From Paraspadella gotoi (Eukaryota > Animalia > Chaetognatha): DNA of 64,000 nucleotides. Position 1 is the first letter of the stretch; every line of letters starts with the position of its first letter. Of the stretch, positions 13,231 to 26,049 are shown piece after piece. The stretch covers positions 4,801,815 through 4,865,814 of the forward strand of contig CM119265.1 in NCBI GenBank assembly GCA_051294375.1, given 5' to 3'. Made by a program: the position numbers and the translations under genes. The notes under the pieces are model-generated. The model did not search any database and was not told the origin of the DNA. It saw only the letters and a list, made by a program, of their open reading frames with translations.

Positions 13231-14510
13231 CCAGCCAAGTCAGCCCATGAGCGTAAAAATAAAGGGCCATATCGAAGAAAGGGAGAGCGAAGACAATCAA
13301 AGAGGGGGCCACTTACCGAGAGAACTAATATTTCGCCGAGGAAAAGAAAATAAAAGAGAGAAAAGGACGGGGTCGAATCGAAACTGAGGCGAAGACGAGC
13401 GAAAGACGGCGAGCGGCGAGACGGCGAANNNNNNNNNNNNNNNNNNNNNNNNNGACGACGAAGACGACGAAGACGACGAAGACGACGAAGACGGCGAAGA
13501 CGAAATTTGGGGCGAAGGCGTCCAGTCGTCTACGTCACCAGCCACTTCCTGTTAAAAAAAACGATTTCCTTCATTTTGATTGAGTCTTGCGCCGAGTTTG
13601 GACTTTTAAATTTTAATGTCTTTTTAAATCGAATTTTGCTTTTCTTGTTTTTTAAATTTGTACCATATCAAACTCACCCTGAAAAACCCTACCCTGCCAT
13701 CCTCGCCTTGAGAGTGGAGACCCGTCATTCATTCAAACTTTCAATCTTCTCACAATGAAACCATCAAGCCTCTTTTTTTTTCTGCAACTCGATTAAAATT
13801 TTCACCACGACGCATTTTTTTCCCCATCGATTTGCGTCTTTCGTGCAATCGTTGAATATTGGCTGTATCTTGCTGCTCCGCTCCACGTCGTTCCGCCTAG
13901 TTTATGCCGCGTAGCATTCCCGCTATACTGCGTAGCGCCAGGCCTCGTAGCGTATGTCGCCGCGTTCCCCGACGTGCATAACCCACGAGTCTTCCTTAAT
14001 CGAATTTCGCCCAGTAAACCATTTAAGGAAACTTTCCCCCCCCCCTTTTCAAATTTTTTTTCCCTAAAGAGAAGCGGGAATTTCTGATATAGAAGGTGGA
14101 GATGTGGTGGTTTAGGTTGAAGATGGGGACGGTGGTGGAAAGACATAGAGAATATTCCTTATCCGTATTCCCTGTTCGCGGAGAGACTCACTGGGATATA
14201 ACTTACCCTTTTCGTCCCACGTGTGGGAAAACCTTCCTTTTGTAGACCAATGCTAATTTCGTTAGGAATGTGAAACGAGCGTCCGTGGGTTAGATAGAGA
14301 ATTACTGTGAGTATAAATGAGAACAAAGAACTATTTTTTTGTGTTGTGTATTTGCTGGCGGATTCAATATTGAATTTTTACTTCGTTCAATTTTCAAGGA
14401 AACAAGTAATATAAAAAGCAAATAAATATTGGGTCATAAACTCGCTCGGCAGTTCAGTTTCGGGTACAAACGCTGGTTCGACGCTTTCGCTTTGGGCATT
14501 GTTTACGATG

Positions 14511-14562
<52 letters not shown>

Positions 14563-15186
14563 GCACCCCGGTTATAACTTATCCATAAACCCCCGGCTGA
14601 CTCGACAACAGTTTGTAATCTTGGAACACGTTCAAAGTTTGTACTCGTTTGCAAAGGGAATGGGTTGTACCAAGATTCTATGGATAACAATAAAAATTAT
14701 GGCGGTTTTAAAAAATGAAAGTAAAATTATCACTGTAACCTAAGGTCGATTGCATTTTATCATTTCTCTCAATTTTCCGATCAATGCCAATGACGAAATA
14801 TCAATACTCTTTTTTTTTTTTTTTAAATTGAACATCTCGTTAAAACGGATCTCGTTAAAACGGCGTATCAACGTTCTTTTAACGATCAAACAAACTGCTC
14901 CCCCACGGACGCATGGACGACGATAAAGTCCGCTCGTCGTATCGCCATTACTGTTACAGTTAAATTACAAACTAACACGAGCGCGGATAACCCAGAATTT
15001 TACGGGCAGACGCGCCCATCCCTCTCTGTCTCTCTCTCTATCTCTGTCTGTCTGTCTCTCATTCACTCGGCTGCTGTTGGTGAAAAACTCTCTCTCTCTC
15101 TCTTTCTCCTTGTCTCTCTTCCTCTGCCGAATTATGAAGAACCGTTTTGGCCGTAAAAACCGTAAAACTGTCGGTCGTAATGGACT
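11830..15186 (-). repeat. Right arm of the inverted repeat, deletion-rich relative to the left arm
   Basis: Reverse complement of ~5778-9350 with frequent short deletions, especially ~12340-12720. Contains the 25-N gap at 13429-13453. Confidence 0.95.
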
Positions 15187-16158
15187 TTAAAAAATGGCTC
15201 AGGGAAATTATTCTTCAAAAGTCAAAACACACGAAAGGGGCGTTTTTTTTTTCCTTTGTTTTTCTCTTCCCTTTTTTTTCGCGGTCGCAATGGACCGAGT
15301 GAATCTTTTGTTTACCCTTTTGGCCAAAGCTAATCCCGCGCTTCAACGAGTGTAGAAATTGTTTAGCTTTTGGCGCGTCTTGATGTTTTTTTTTTCAGAA
15401 GATTAGCTTTTAACATTATATAAATTATTCATATATATTTCTCAGCGCGCAGTCGAAAGAGTCTTCCTGGGACTGCATCGACTATCTCTCCTATGTTTGC
15501 ATACAGTTCGTGAGAACGATCTCCCGTGTTTGCACAAGAAGAGACCGACTCAGACGGACGGACGGACGGACGTTTCGAGGCTTAACTTCCTCATCCTTTG
15601 CTTTTTATCGTCGATCTCTGGTGCCCCTGACAATGAGGAGCCCCCCTCATTTTCTTCACCCTCCTTTAATCCTTTTCCAGGCCCCCTTCACCCCCCCATC
15701 GCCCCTCACAAACCACCCTCCACCCCCCCCGTTCCCAGTGGCTTTTTTACGTTCTTCGGGCCCCCCTTCGATTCCCGGCCATTGTGCGCGGGGAGCAAGG
15801 AAAGGTGGGAGTACGGGGAAGGGGCTTTGACAATGTCTCGGCGGGAGTCGCCGAAAAACCGCGAGAGAGAGGGGTTATTGTCCTTGTTGTTGTTTTTTTT
15901 TTTGTTGTTGTTGTTGCCAGGGCTGCTTGAATTTACCTCATAGCAGTTTAATTCGTTTTTGTTTAATTCAATTTATAATTCAAATTTGACGAGATCTTTT
16001 TGGCTCCCGACTACAAAATTCGACGATCACAGAAAAAGACATGAAAAAATTTCTCGTCCATTTTTAAAAGGGAAACTTTTTTTTAATGTTTCGCCGTTCT
16101 TAGATTTTCAGGCGGTTACACCAAGAAACCGCAGATGAGCCCAAAAATCGATTACGAA

Positions 16159-16214
<56 letters not shown>

Positions 16215-17264
16215 CTTTCAATTAGAGTTGAGACGCAGGTGTTTTTCGAATCCATCGCCTCGACTTCTGATTAGCCAATGACTAAGGAACGAACGAGACA
16301 CAGATTAAGTTTTAATGTTATAGTTTTACGATTATTGATTCGTAGGCGAAAGTTGTTGTTTTTTGTTGTTGTTGTTGTTGCTTAGTTAATAGCCACTATT
16401 TCCCACGTTACCGTCAGTTTTAAAGCGATGATAATAAATTATCAGGGGAACGTTAGTTTTCTTTTTAAAAATCGGTTCTCCCCAACCTAATTAGAAATCC
16501 TTTGATCTTCCCTTCGTTTCGTCTCGATTTTGCATACAATATTTGTCTCTCGAGCGAATTCTTTCTCTTTTATGCAGTAGCGCCCCCTTTTCCTCCCCCT
16601 CCTCCATCTCCTCCCCGAAAAAAAAATGGCCGAATAAATTGTCTCTTAGATTTATCGCCTAATCAGAGCGAAGCGGAGCCCATTGTGCCAAACTATGGAC
16701 GTGCGTCTCTCGGCTTGTGCGCCGTAGTTCTATTCTTTTTCTCCCCTTCTTTCATTCTACCTTTCTTCTCTTTTTACCTTTTATTGCGTCACTACTTTTT
16801 TTTCTTTTCTCTTTCTCCCTACCTCTCACCTTCTCTTCTTTTTGTGTTAATTCTCCTTTCCTTATTTATTTCTTACCATCTTCCATTCTCTTCCACGTCT
16901 CATTTCACTCTCGTATTCCACTATTTTTCTGTCTCCTCGTTTCCTCTTTTCATTTTCCCTCATTCTCCCTTACCCTCCCTTACTCTCCCTTACCCCACCG
17001 CTAACTCACAACACCCCCCCACCCCCACCCCTGTCTCTTCCGAATTTACATTTTTCCCTTTTGAGCGAAGAGACTTTTGACGTTCCGCATCTCATTAAGA
17101 CACAACAACTTTTTTTCTCTCTCTCCCCGTTTTTTTTTTTTTTTTTTATTTCACTCGCCGCTTCACTTATTCTTTCTCGGCGCCGATTCCATTTGCATTC
17201 GACGGGGAATTCCGGAGGAGGAGAACTCCCCTTTTTTGTTCTTTGAAGAAGCTCGTCTCTCTCT

Positions 17265-17334
<70 letters not shown>

Positions 17335-17636
17335 TCTTCAAAAGAACCTGGAAGAAGGAACTTGTACCCGAACGAATTAACTCTCGCTAGTATTGTTTTA
17401 TGAAGCGCATCGCTGGACTGTTGGATTAACCAGAAGGCGGCTCAGCTGGAGAGAGAGAGCTACTTAGTCCATCTTTTCTTCTCATTCCCAAAGGTCACGA
17501 TTTTTAGTATCATCCGGGAGAGATGGAGATACCAAGATATGNNNNNNNNNNNNNNNNNNNNNNNNNGGAGAGCGAGTAAACCGGTGAATTAAGACATTCG
17601 TCTCAATCCCCAACAGATCCCCATCTCTCCTTTCAA

Positions 17637-17664
17637 AATCCCCAATCCCCAATCCCCAATCCCC
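17637..17664 (-). repeat. (GGGGATT)4 heptamer repeat, canonical G-quadruplex motif
   Basis: The + strand reads aatcccc x4, giving four G4 runs with 3-nt loops on the minus strand. Confidence 0.8.
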
Positions 17665-18569
17665 CTCCTCTTTTTTACGGTGAGGAAGAGGGGCAGAGTA
17701 AGTTCCTGATTTATGCCTCCTTCCCAATCCTTGCCAACTCATTGTAATTGTCTCTCTCGCGTTTTAAAAACTTAAAAAGAGTTAACTCGCTCTCGTTAAC
17801 TCTAGTCTCTATTTCCAGGAAGTTTAGACGCGAATATATTAGTTTAAAATCCTATATACATTTCCGAGAGGGCTGGAATTAGTCTTGATAAATATTGAAC
17901 GAGTTAAACTAATTTTCTATTTCCTTTTTTTTTTTTGCAACCTTCCCCTCTCTTTTCCCGCCATCTCACGGAAATTCTCGTTAACCAGGTAAGAGAATCA
18001 TTTTTTTAAACGTTTNNNNNNNNNNNNNNNNNNNNNNNNNNNNNNNNNNNNNNNNNNNNNNNNNNNNNNNNNNNNNNNNNNNNNNNNNNNNNNNNNNNNN
18101 NNNNNNNNNNNNNNNNNNNNNNNNNNNNNNNNNNNNNNNNNNNNNNNNNNNNNNNNNNNNNNNNNNNNNNNNNNNNNNNNNNNNNNNNNNNNNNNNNNNN
18201 NNNNNNNNNNNNNNNNNNNNNNNNNNNNNNNNNNNNNNNNNNNNNNNNNNNNNNNNNNNNNNNNNATCGGTGTTCGATCGGCTTTTCCTCAAGGATATAT
18301 CTAAACATTGAAATAAATTGAATTAAGGATTCATCTTGTTTTTTATTTCTTCAATAACAACCCAAAGGTTTTTTTCGGTACCTGAAAGAGGTTAGCGCCC
18401 TATTCCACCCGATAAAAAATATATAAAAAAAAAACAAAGAAATGAAATCCAAAAGCTGAATTAAGACAGTCTAAGAATTCTTTTTCTTTCTGTCCAATAC
18501 TCGCACCTCAGCTGTTCGGCCTTTAAGCTTAATTCCGAGACTCGCGAGTCCCGGGGAGCAGCTGCTCAA

Positions 18570-18677
18570 CATCCATCCATCCATCTATCCATCAAACTCA
18601 CCATCCATCCATCTTTTCTTTCATTCATCGATTCATTCATATTTTCATTGATATTTTCATTCATTCATTCATTCATT
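18570..18677 (+). repeat. Compound (CCAT)n and (TTCA)n tetranucleotide microsatellite
   Basis: catccatccatccatc...cattcattcattcattcatt. Confidence 0.85.
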
Positions 18678-18744
18678 TATTCCTTAATTCATATTTAAGT
18701 TCACTTGTGAACAATGTTCAGTTTTCAAAGCAGGGCACGCTCGC

Positions 18745-18806
18745 CTCAAATGACAGAATTTTACTTCAGCATAAACTCAAATGACAGAATTTAACTTCAG
18801 CATAAA
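18745..18806 (+). repeat. 31-bp tandem duplication
   Basis: ctcaaatgacagaattt(t/a)acttcagcataaa x2 with one mismatch. Confidence 0.92.
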
Positions 18807-20557
18807 CTCGCCTCGCCTCCTCTGAACTCCCTTACCATTTTGCCGCTCATTCTACCCCACCTTCTTCCCCCCACCTTACACCTCTCACCTCACCTAATTT
18901 CACCTCATCTCACCCGGTCGCGCGACCCTTGACCCTAAAAACGAATCAATTTCAATTTTTTTTTCTATGAATCTTTTTTTTTTTTCGGTTTCTGCCAGGT
19001 CGGAGAAGGAATGTTTTAAAGGTGAAAGGTAATGGGATGAGGCGATTTGGGGACTGGGGGTGACGAGGCTGGAATGTTTTGGCCATAGGGGTGACAATTT
19101 TGAATTTTACGACTAAGTGGGTTTATAACGAAATATTTCAAGGTAAAAAATGTCGATTTTATGTAGGTAATGAGATTGAATGAAAATTTAAGGTACGATT
19201 ATAAAAGATAAGTCTGTGATCGAGAAAATGGATGTTTATATGGACGCGGAACCTATCGCCAAGGGGGACTTTTGATCGAGAGAGAAAGAGAGAGAGAGAG
19301 NNNNNNNNNNNNNNNNNNNNNNNNNNNNNNNNNNNNNNNNNNNNNNNNNNNNNNNNNNNNNNNNNNNNNNNNNNNNNNNNNNNNNNNNNNNNNNNNNNNN
19401 NNNNNNNNNNNNNNNNNNNNNNNNNNNNNNNNNNNNNNNNNNNNNNNNNNNNNNNNNNNNNNNNNNNNNNNNNNNNNNNNNNNNNNNNNNNNNNNNNNNN
19501 NNNNNNNNNNNNNNNNNNNNNNNNNNNNNNNNNNNNNNNNNNNNNNNNNNNNNNNNNNNNNNNNNNNGAGAGAGAGAGAGAGAGAGAGCTGCGGAAAATG
19601 TCAAGGTAATCGATACACTTGCTCGAGTTTAATCAATAAATTCTCTATTCCAGGATTTGGGTTAATTCTTACGAGTGACTCATGTGCCGCCTGCAAGTCT
19701 CTCTTTTCGCCAATTAGTTTATATTCACCGGTTCCTCCATCCTCTTTCCAGTCCGCCAGTCGGTTCGCTTGTCTCTTATTTGTACATCTGTCCGTACGTC
19801 TCCTCGTCCCGTTTTCCCGATTGAATTCTGCTTTGTTTTGATAGAGTTATTCGGCGTCGTGCTTCGTCAGGACTCGAGACTTCCCGTTGATTTCATTTCC
19901 TTTCCTTTTCTCTTTAATCGTTTCGAAGAATCTTTTTAAATCCTTATTCTCTCTCTCTCTCTCTCGATCATATCCTCGTCTTTATCTCTCATTTCGATCT
20001 CTCGATTTTCTCGCTGATCGAACGAGATAGCCTCTTTATATATTCAGTTTTGGCTCTAAATTCTCTCGATCGGTTGCTAGTTTGACTTTCTACTTCTTTA
20101 ATTTTATTTAAATCCTTTATTCAAATATTTTATTACTTCACAAAAAAAGCCCTCGAGAAAATCTTTTGAGAAATTGCGCAGAAGGATATAATTTTTTTAT
20201 TTTTTAGCAAATCTTGAAAATAACCTAACGTCGATAGGAAAAAGAAAGAGAGGCTGATCGAATTTGCATCTGGGAACCCGATTTCCCTTCATTTTTCTCT
20301 TTCTTTTTTCCTTTTTTCAATTTCTCAGCATTTTTTCCGCTTCGATGCAAATTTGAAGGAAAAATGCGAAAAAACGACGTCAAGATCGAAGAAAGTCCTT
20401 TTTCTATTTTAATTTTCTTTTTTCTTTATTTTTCTTCTTCTCATTTTCCTTCTTTTTTTTCGTTCGGATGAATTTTTGATTGAAAAGAAATTTCCTCCTG
20501 TTTTCCAATCACAGATTCTTCAAGGCAAGAGAGAGTTCTGTCGGGGGTGGTCACTGA

Positions 20558-20602
<45 letters not shown>

Positions 20603-20998
20603 AGAGCCTTGGTCTTACACCACTGTGACTTTCCATGATCGACAAAACGAGAGATCCGAGATGATATCTGCATCAGGGGTCAAACTCTTGTTGTCTCGGG
20701 TCAACTCCATATTCTTGAAAGAGAAAAAAAAAGAAAGAAAGAAAGAGGCTTCAGTATGAAATCATTTCAGATTATGTGACGACGATGACAGAAGCAATTG
20801 CGGTTTCCTGTGTGGGGGAAGTTAGCGGGGGACGATGAGGACGACGACGACGACGACAACGACGACGAGTCGGTTCCCTTTTTTTCCTTTTTTTCCATTT
20901 CCTGTTTTTCTTTTTTTCTTTTCCAAAACGTGTTACCATCTGGAGGATATAATTATTGGACATAACGATTTCTCCTTGTGGCGGCGGAGGAGAGAGAT

Positions 20999-21033
<35 letters not shown>

Positions 21034-23080
21034 TGACGAAGAAGATGAGAGAAGCAGGAGAATAAAAAGGATGACTTGATGATTTTCGTGTCAGAGTCGA
21101 AGGAAGGATTACTATTGTCTCGCTCGGGATAAAAGGTTTTTTTTTTCTTCAGTTTCCGTCTCTGGAGCCTCTTCTTTCTTTCTCTTCTGTCTTTCTTACT
21201 TTTTATCTTCAAGGTCTTTATCTATTTTTTGTTTCTATCTTTACAAACTTATTTTTATTTTTTCCCCCTTTTTTTCATTTTTATCCTATTCAAAGTAAGA
21301 GCGAGATAGTATAATTAGTATAATTATATGGCTTAACATATCGACTCTCTATCTGACTCTATTTCTATCTCCCTTTTCTCTCTCAAGAGCTTTCTAACTC
21401 TCTCTCTATCCCTCTCCACGCTTTTGTTCACTTTCCATTCTTTCAGTCGTTTTCTCTTTCTCCCCCTCACATATTGAATTAGCCCTCAACTATCATTACG
21501 CAATTAAGATCTTGAGATCCAAAGAATTACTCNNNNNNNNNNNNNNNNNNNNNNNNNNNNNNNNNNNNNNNNNNNNNNNNNNNNNNNNNNNNNNNNNNNN
21601 NNNNNNNNNNNNNNNNNNNNNNNNNNNNNNNNNNNNNNNNNNNNNNNNNNNNNNNNNNNNNNNNNNNNNNNNNNNNNNNNNNNNNNNNNNNNNNNNNNNN
21701 NNNNNNNNNNNNNNNNNNNNNNNNNNNNCGTTTTGTCTCCCAACTGTTTTCACGCTCCGCCTCTCATGAAAATTTAGCTCCTCTTTCTTTCTTTATGATA
21801 ATTTTTTAAAAAAAGGAAGATTTATCGAGTAATGATAATTGAGTTCGAATCGATGGCCGGAGGTCGAAGACCTGACCTTTGATTCCACAAAGAAAAAAAA
21901 GAGGAAAAACTAAAAAAAACCTTAAAAAAAATTAATTTTAGAAAAATTCAAGAAATCTAAACAAAAGATTTTCACTTTTTATTTCAGAATCGGCCGTCTT
22001 TTGTTTTTACCTTTTTTTTTNNNNNNNNNNNNNNNNNNNNNNNNNNNNNNNNNNNNNNNNNNNNNNNNNNNNNNNNNNNNNNNNNNNNNNNNNNNNNNNN
22101 NNNNNNNNNNNNNNNNNNNNNNNNNNNNNNNNNNNNNNNNNNNNNNNNNNNNNNNNNNNNNNNNNNNNNNNNNNNNNNNNNNNNNNNNNNNNNNNNNNNN
22201 NNNNNNNNNNNNNNNNNNNNNNNNNNNNNNNNNNNNNNNNNNNNNNNNNNNNNNNNNNNNNNNNNNNNNNNNNNNNNNNNNNNNNNNNNNNNNNNNNNNN
22301 NNNNNNNNNNNNNNNNNNNNNNNNNNNNNNNNNNNNNNNNNNNNNNNNNNNNNNNNNNNNNNNNNNNNNNNNNNNNNNNNNNNNNNNNNNNNNNNNNNNN
22401 NNNNNNNNNNNNNNNNNNNNNNNNNNNNNNNNNNNNNNNNNNNNNNNNNNNNNNNNNNNNNNNNNNNNNNNNNNNNNNNNNNNNNNNNNNNNNNNNNNNN
22501 NNNNNNNNNNNNNNNNNNNNNNNNNNNNNNNNNNNNNNNNNNNNNNNNNNNNNNNNNNNNNNNNNNNNNNNNNNNNNNNNNNNNNNNNNNNNNNNNNNNN
22601 NNNNNNNNNNNNGAGAGAGAGAGACAGGGTAACAGTCTCAAATGCAGACAGACAGAAAGACTGAGAGACCAAAAAAAAAATCATTCACGTAAAGAGAGAG
22701 AGAGAGAATTGCTATTTAGCTTTCTATTGTTTTTTTTTAAAAAAGTATTAATTTTTATTTTCCATTGAATTTAATTAATTCTGTTTCGGTTTGGCACCAT
22801 TCTCGAGTCGCGTCCCACGCCGATGAAAAATGAACCGCGAGAAAAGCGATACGGTCTTCGCCTTTTCGAGTGGATTTTTTTAAGTGGTTCGAAAGATACC
22901 AAACTCGTCCACAGTGGGTTTTTTATAATCTCGGCAAATCTCGGCACCTGCCACAACACTTCGTTAAACAGTTTTGTTGTTCTTCAATCGATCAATCAAT
23001 CAATCAAATATTTTCGTCGTCTTAGTCGGCGGGAATCCAACTTCAAAATTCTAATTTCTTCTCTGAGCTCTCTCTCTTCG

Positions 23081-23128
<48 letters not shown>

Positions 23129-23134
23129 CTACTC

Positions 23135-23169
<35 letters not shown>

Positions 23170-23396
23170 CTCCCAAATTGGCGAGATGGAATTAGTGACG
23201 CGAATGGTGTGACAGCTCGAAGGTTCGGAGAGATTATGAAAGGTAACAACTCCTCCAGGCGAAAGAATGTCGCGTGCCGATCGGCATGTATTTGCGGGGG
23301 GGGGTCTCCCCGCGACCAACGCTCAGCAAACAGTTTGCTTTCTCAATCGAAATACGAGAATAAATAATGGCAGCACTACGCACCCTTTTTATCTCT

Positions 23397-23432
<36 letters not shown>

Positions 23433-24918
23433 TCTCTCTCTCCTCTCTCTCCCTCTCTCTCTCTCTCTCCTCTTCTTCTCTCTGTTCTTTGGGCGCCCAG
23501 GATGATAAATTTAAAAAACAAGGTCCACCCTCCAATTTTTGTCTTCGTTCCTCATTTTCTCAACGGGGCTTTTGACAAAAGGTGATCTATTCGTCCTTGA
23601 TCGCTACTCACTTCACTTCACACTTGAAATCCTCGCGACGGTCGCAGTCAATCGCGAGGGGTGGTTGGGTGTGTCGAAGGGGGTCCTGTTTTTGGGTGGT
23701 TCGGTGACAAAGAGGTCGTCTGGTCGTCGGTACATCGAGATTTCGTGTTTCTTTCCTCGTCACAAAGGATCTTCTCTTTCTCGATGACAAAAGGAAACTA
23801 AACTCACCCTTTACAAAGAATCGGTTCCCCTACAAAACTTGTAACCCTTTAATCCTTTCTTCTGTATTCTTCGTCTTCGTCGTCGTCGTCGTCGTCGTCG
23901 TTAATGTCTTCATCGTCATCCCCGTCAGGATTTTTCCCCCTCAAAACGTCGAGACTTTAATGTATCGATCGAGTCTTAGTTTTTAAAAAAGTTTTGACTT
24001 TTACTACGAGCTCTCATCGCGATGGAAAAAAATGTAATTGGAAAGAAATTTAAAATTAAATTGAATTAAATGCAGATTCGTTGCCCCATGCCAAACTGCG
24101 TATCAATATTATTGATAAGAAAATGTTTATTCTTAAACTCTCAATATCACTTCTACATTCTACATTTATGTCAAATACTTTTGACAATTTCATCCTTACA
24201 ATCAAATCCCACAAAAAAAATCGGACAAAAAGCCAAAAGAATTTTCCCCAAGAAGTTAATAGAATTAAGGACCTTTTGTTGTTTAAAAAAAAACTGTTCG
24301 GGCGAACCAAAATCACAAAGCGGATATTCACGTATCAGTGACAATGTCACGTTCTGTCACGATCCAGTCTCGCCAAAACCTTCAGGCGCAATTTCCTTCT
24401 CGATAACGCTGTCACCATTCGAGTAATAAATGATCTTTGAGACGAATTCAAATTCAAAGAAATATTTTAAAAAGTCACATTTTAAAACTGAAGAATGAGC
24501 CGGGAAATACGAGACGAGACTCGAAAAATCCAGGATATATATTTTAATTTCCGCTCCTTGAGTTAAGCCTCAAAAGATGTTCCCTGCCAAAACTAGCGAC
24601 TCCATTTTAAAAATACTTGCAGACTCTTAACGACGACGGCGACAATGAAAACGACAACGACGACGATAATTCCTACCCGATAATTCGTCGCGGATTGGGA
24701 AGGCGTCCGACTCCCGGCCGCGTCTCTTGTTTTCCCCCGGACTCCGTCGGGAGTGGAGGAGGTGGGTGGGGGATGGGGATGTGGTGGGGGGGTGGGACAT
24801 TAATCTCCATCAAATTTCGAAATCAACGTCGAACCTTTCGATTCTCATCCAAACTTTTATTTGCACAAATTTTCGGCTTCAAAATCCCCAAAACCTTTTA
24901 TTTGCACAAATTTTCGGA

Positions 24919-25306
24919 AAGTCAAACGGTTTGAGCGGATTAACACGTGGGCGGGTACGGCGACCGCATTCGGGTGGGGTGGAGCGTTTGTGCGCTGGAC
25001 GGTGCTTTTTGTAGCTGAAGACGCTGGTGCTAGGTCGAGAGAGAGAGAGAGAGAGCGGAAGCAGAGAGAGACGATGAGAGTTGGAGAGAGAGGGGTTCGG
25101 GNNNNNNNNNNNNNNNNNNNNNNNNNCAAGTCAAACGGTTGAGTGGATTAAGTCACTGGGCGGGGTACGGAACGATTCGGGTGGTGGCAGCGTTTTGTGC
25201 GTCGGAGCGTGCTTTTTGTCAGAGCAGACCTCGCGTGTAGCCGAGGAGAGAGAGAGAGAGTGGAGCAGAGAGAGACGATGAGAGTGCGGAGAGAGAGGGG
25301 CGGGGT
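24919..25306 (+). repeat. ~180-bp noisy direct duplication straddling a 25-N gap
   Basis: aagtcaaacggtt...gcagagagagacgatgagag...gagagagagggg occurs at 24919-25101 and again at 25128-25306. Confidence 0.9.
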
Positions 25307-25307
25307 A

Positions 25308-25520
25308 AAGGTTGAACGAAATAGTTGGTTTCAAACTCGCTCGGATCTATTCTGTGTTTTTCCGGTTTCAAACGAGTGAATCGTGTCGGTATTTTTGTTT
25401 TGGAGAATATATTTTTGTGGAAAGGTTGAACGAAAGTGGTTTCAAACTCGTCGGATCATTCTGTGTTTTCGTTTCAAACGAGTGAATCGTGGGTATTTTT
25501 GTTGGAGAATATATTTGGTA
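25308..25520 (+). repeat. ~110-bp tandem duplication
   Basis: aaggttgaacgaaa...gtttcaaacgagtgaatcgtg...ggagaatatattt occurs twice, and the first copy has extra bases. Confidence 0.88.
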
Positions 25521-25924
25521 TTTTGGTTTTCTCTCTCGCTCAAACTATCTGTCTCTCTCTCTCTCTCTTGCTCAAACCGTGTCTCTCTCTTCAGCTCTCT
25601 CAACGTCTTCCCACTCTCCCGAGACGAGGGTTAACCGCATTTTCTACCGACGTTCGAGATTACGAAGTTTCGACGTTATCTACGACATCGTTCGTTACAC
25701 AAAGATGGGAGTTTTAAGACTTTTTCGGATGGCGAGGAAGTTTTTAACCTTCTTCCAAAAACAAAATAAATAAATGAACAAAAAAACAACTGTCGCGTTC
25801 TTTCGAGGGGGCTCTTCCCTCATTTATTTACGGCCCGTTTTTATGACGGGCGAGAGTAAAGAGAAAGCTACGGAGAGAAAGTAATGAAGAAGAGAGACAG
25901 TTGAAATAGAAAATAGCTGCGAGT

Positions 25925-26049
<125 letters not shown>

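Noticed and set aside
5778-15186. Long inverted repeats as TIRs of a large DNA transposon (Polinton, Foldback)
   Set aside because: No coding capacity or TSD, the spacer is itself duplicated elsewhere, and the arms differ by read-like indels.
24852-24916. ttttatttgcacaaattttcgg x2 with a ~20-bp spacer, CRISPR-like spacing
   Set aside because: Only two units, eukaryotic context, no cas genes, and adjacent to an artefactual duplication.
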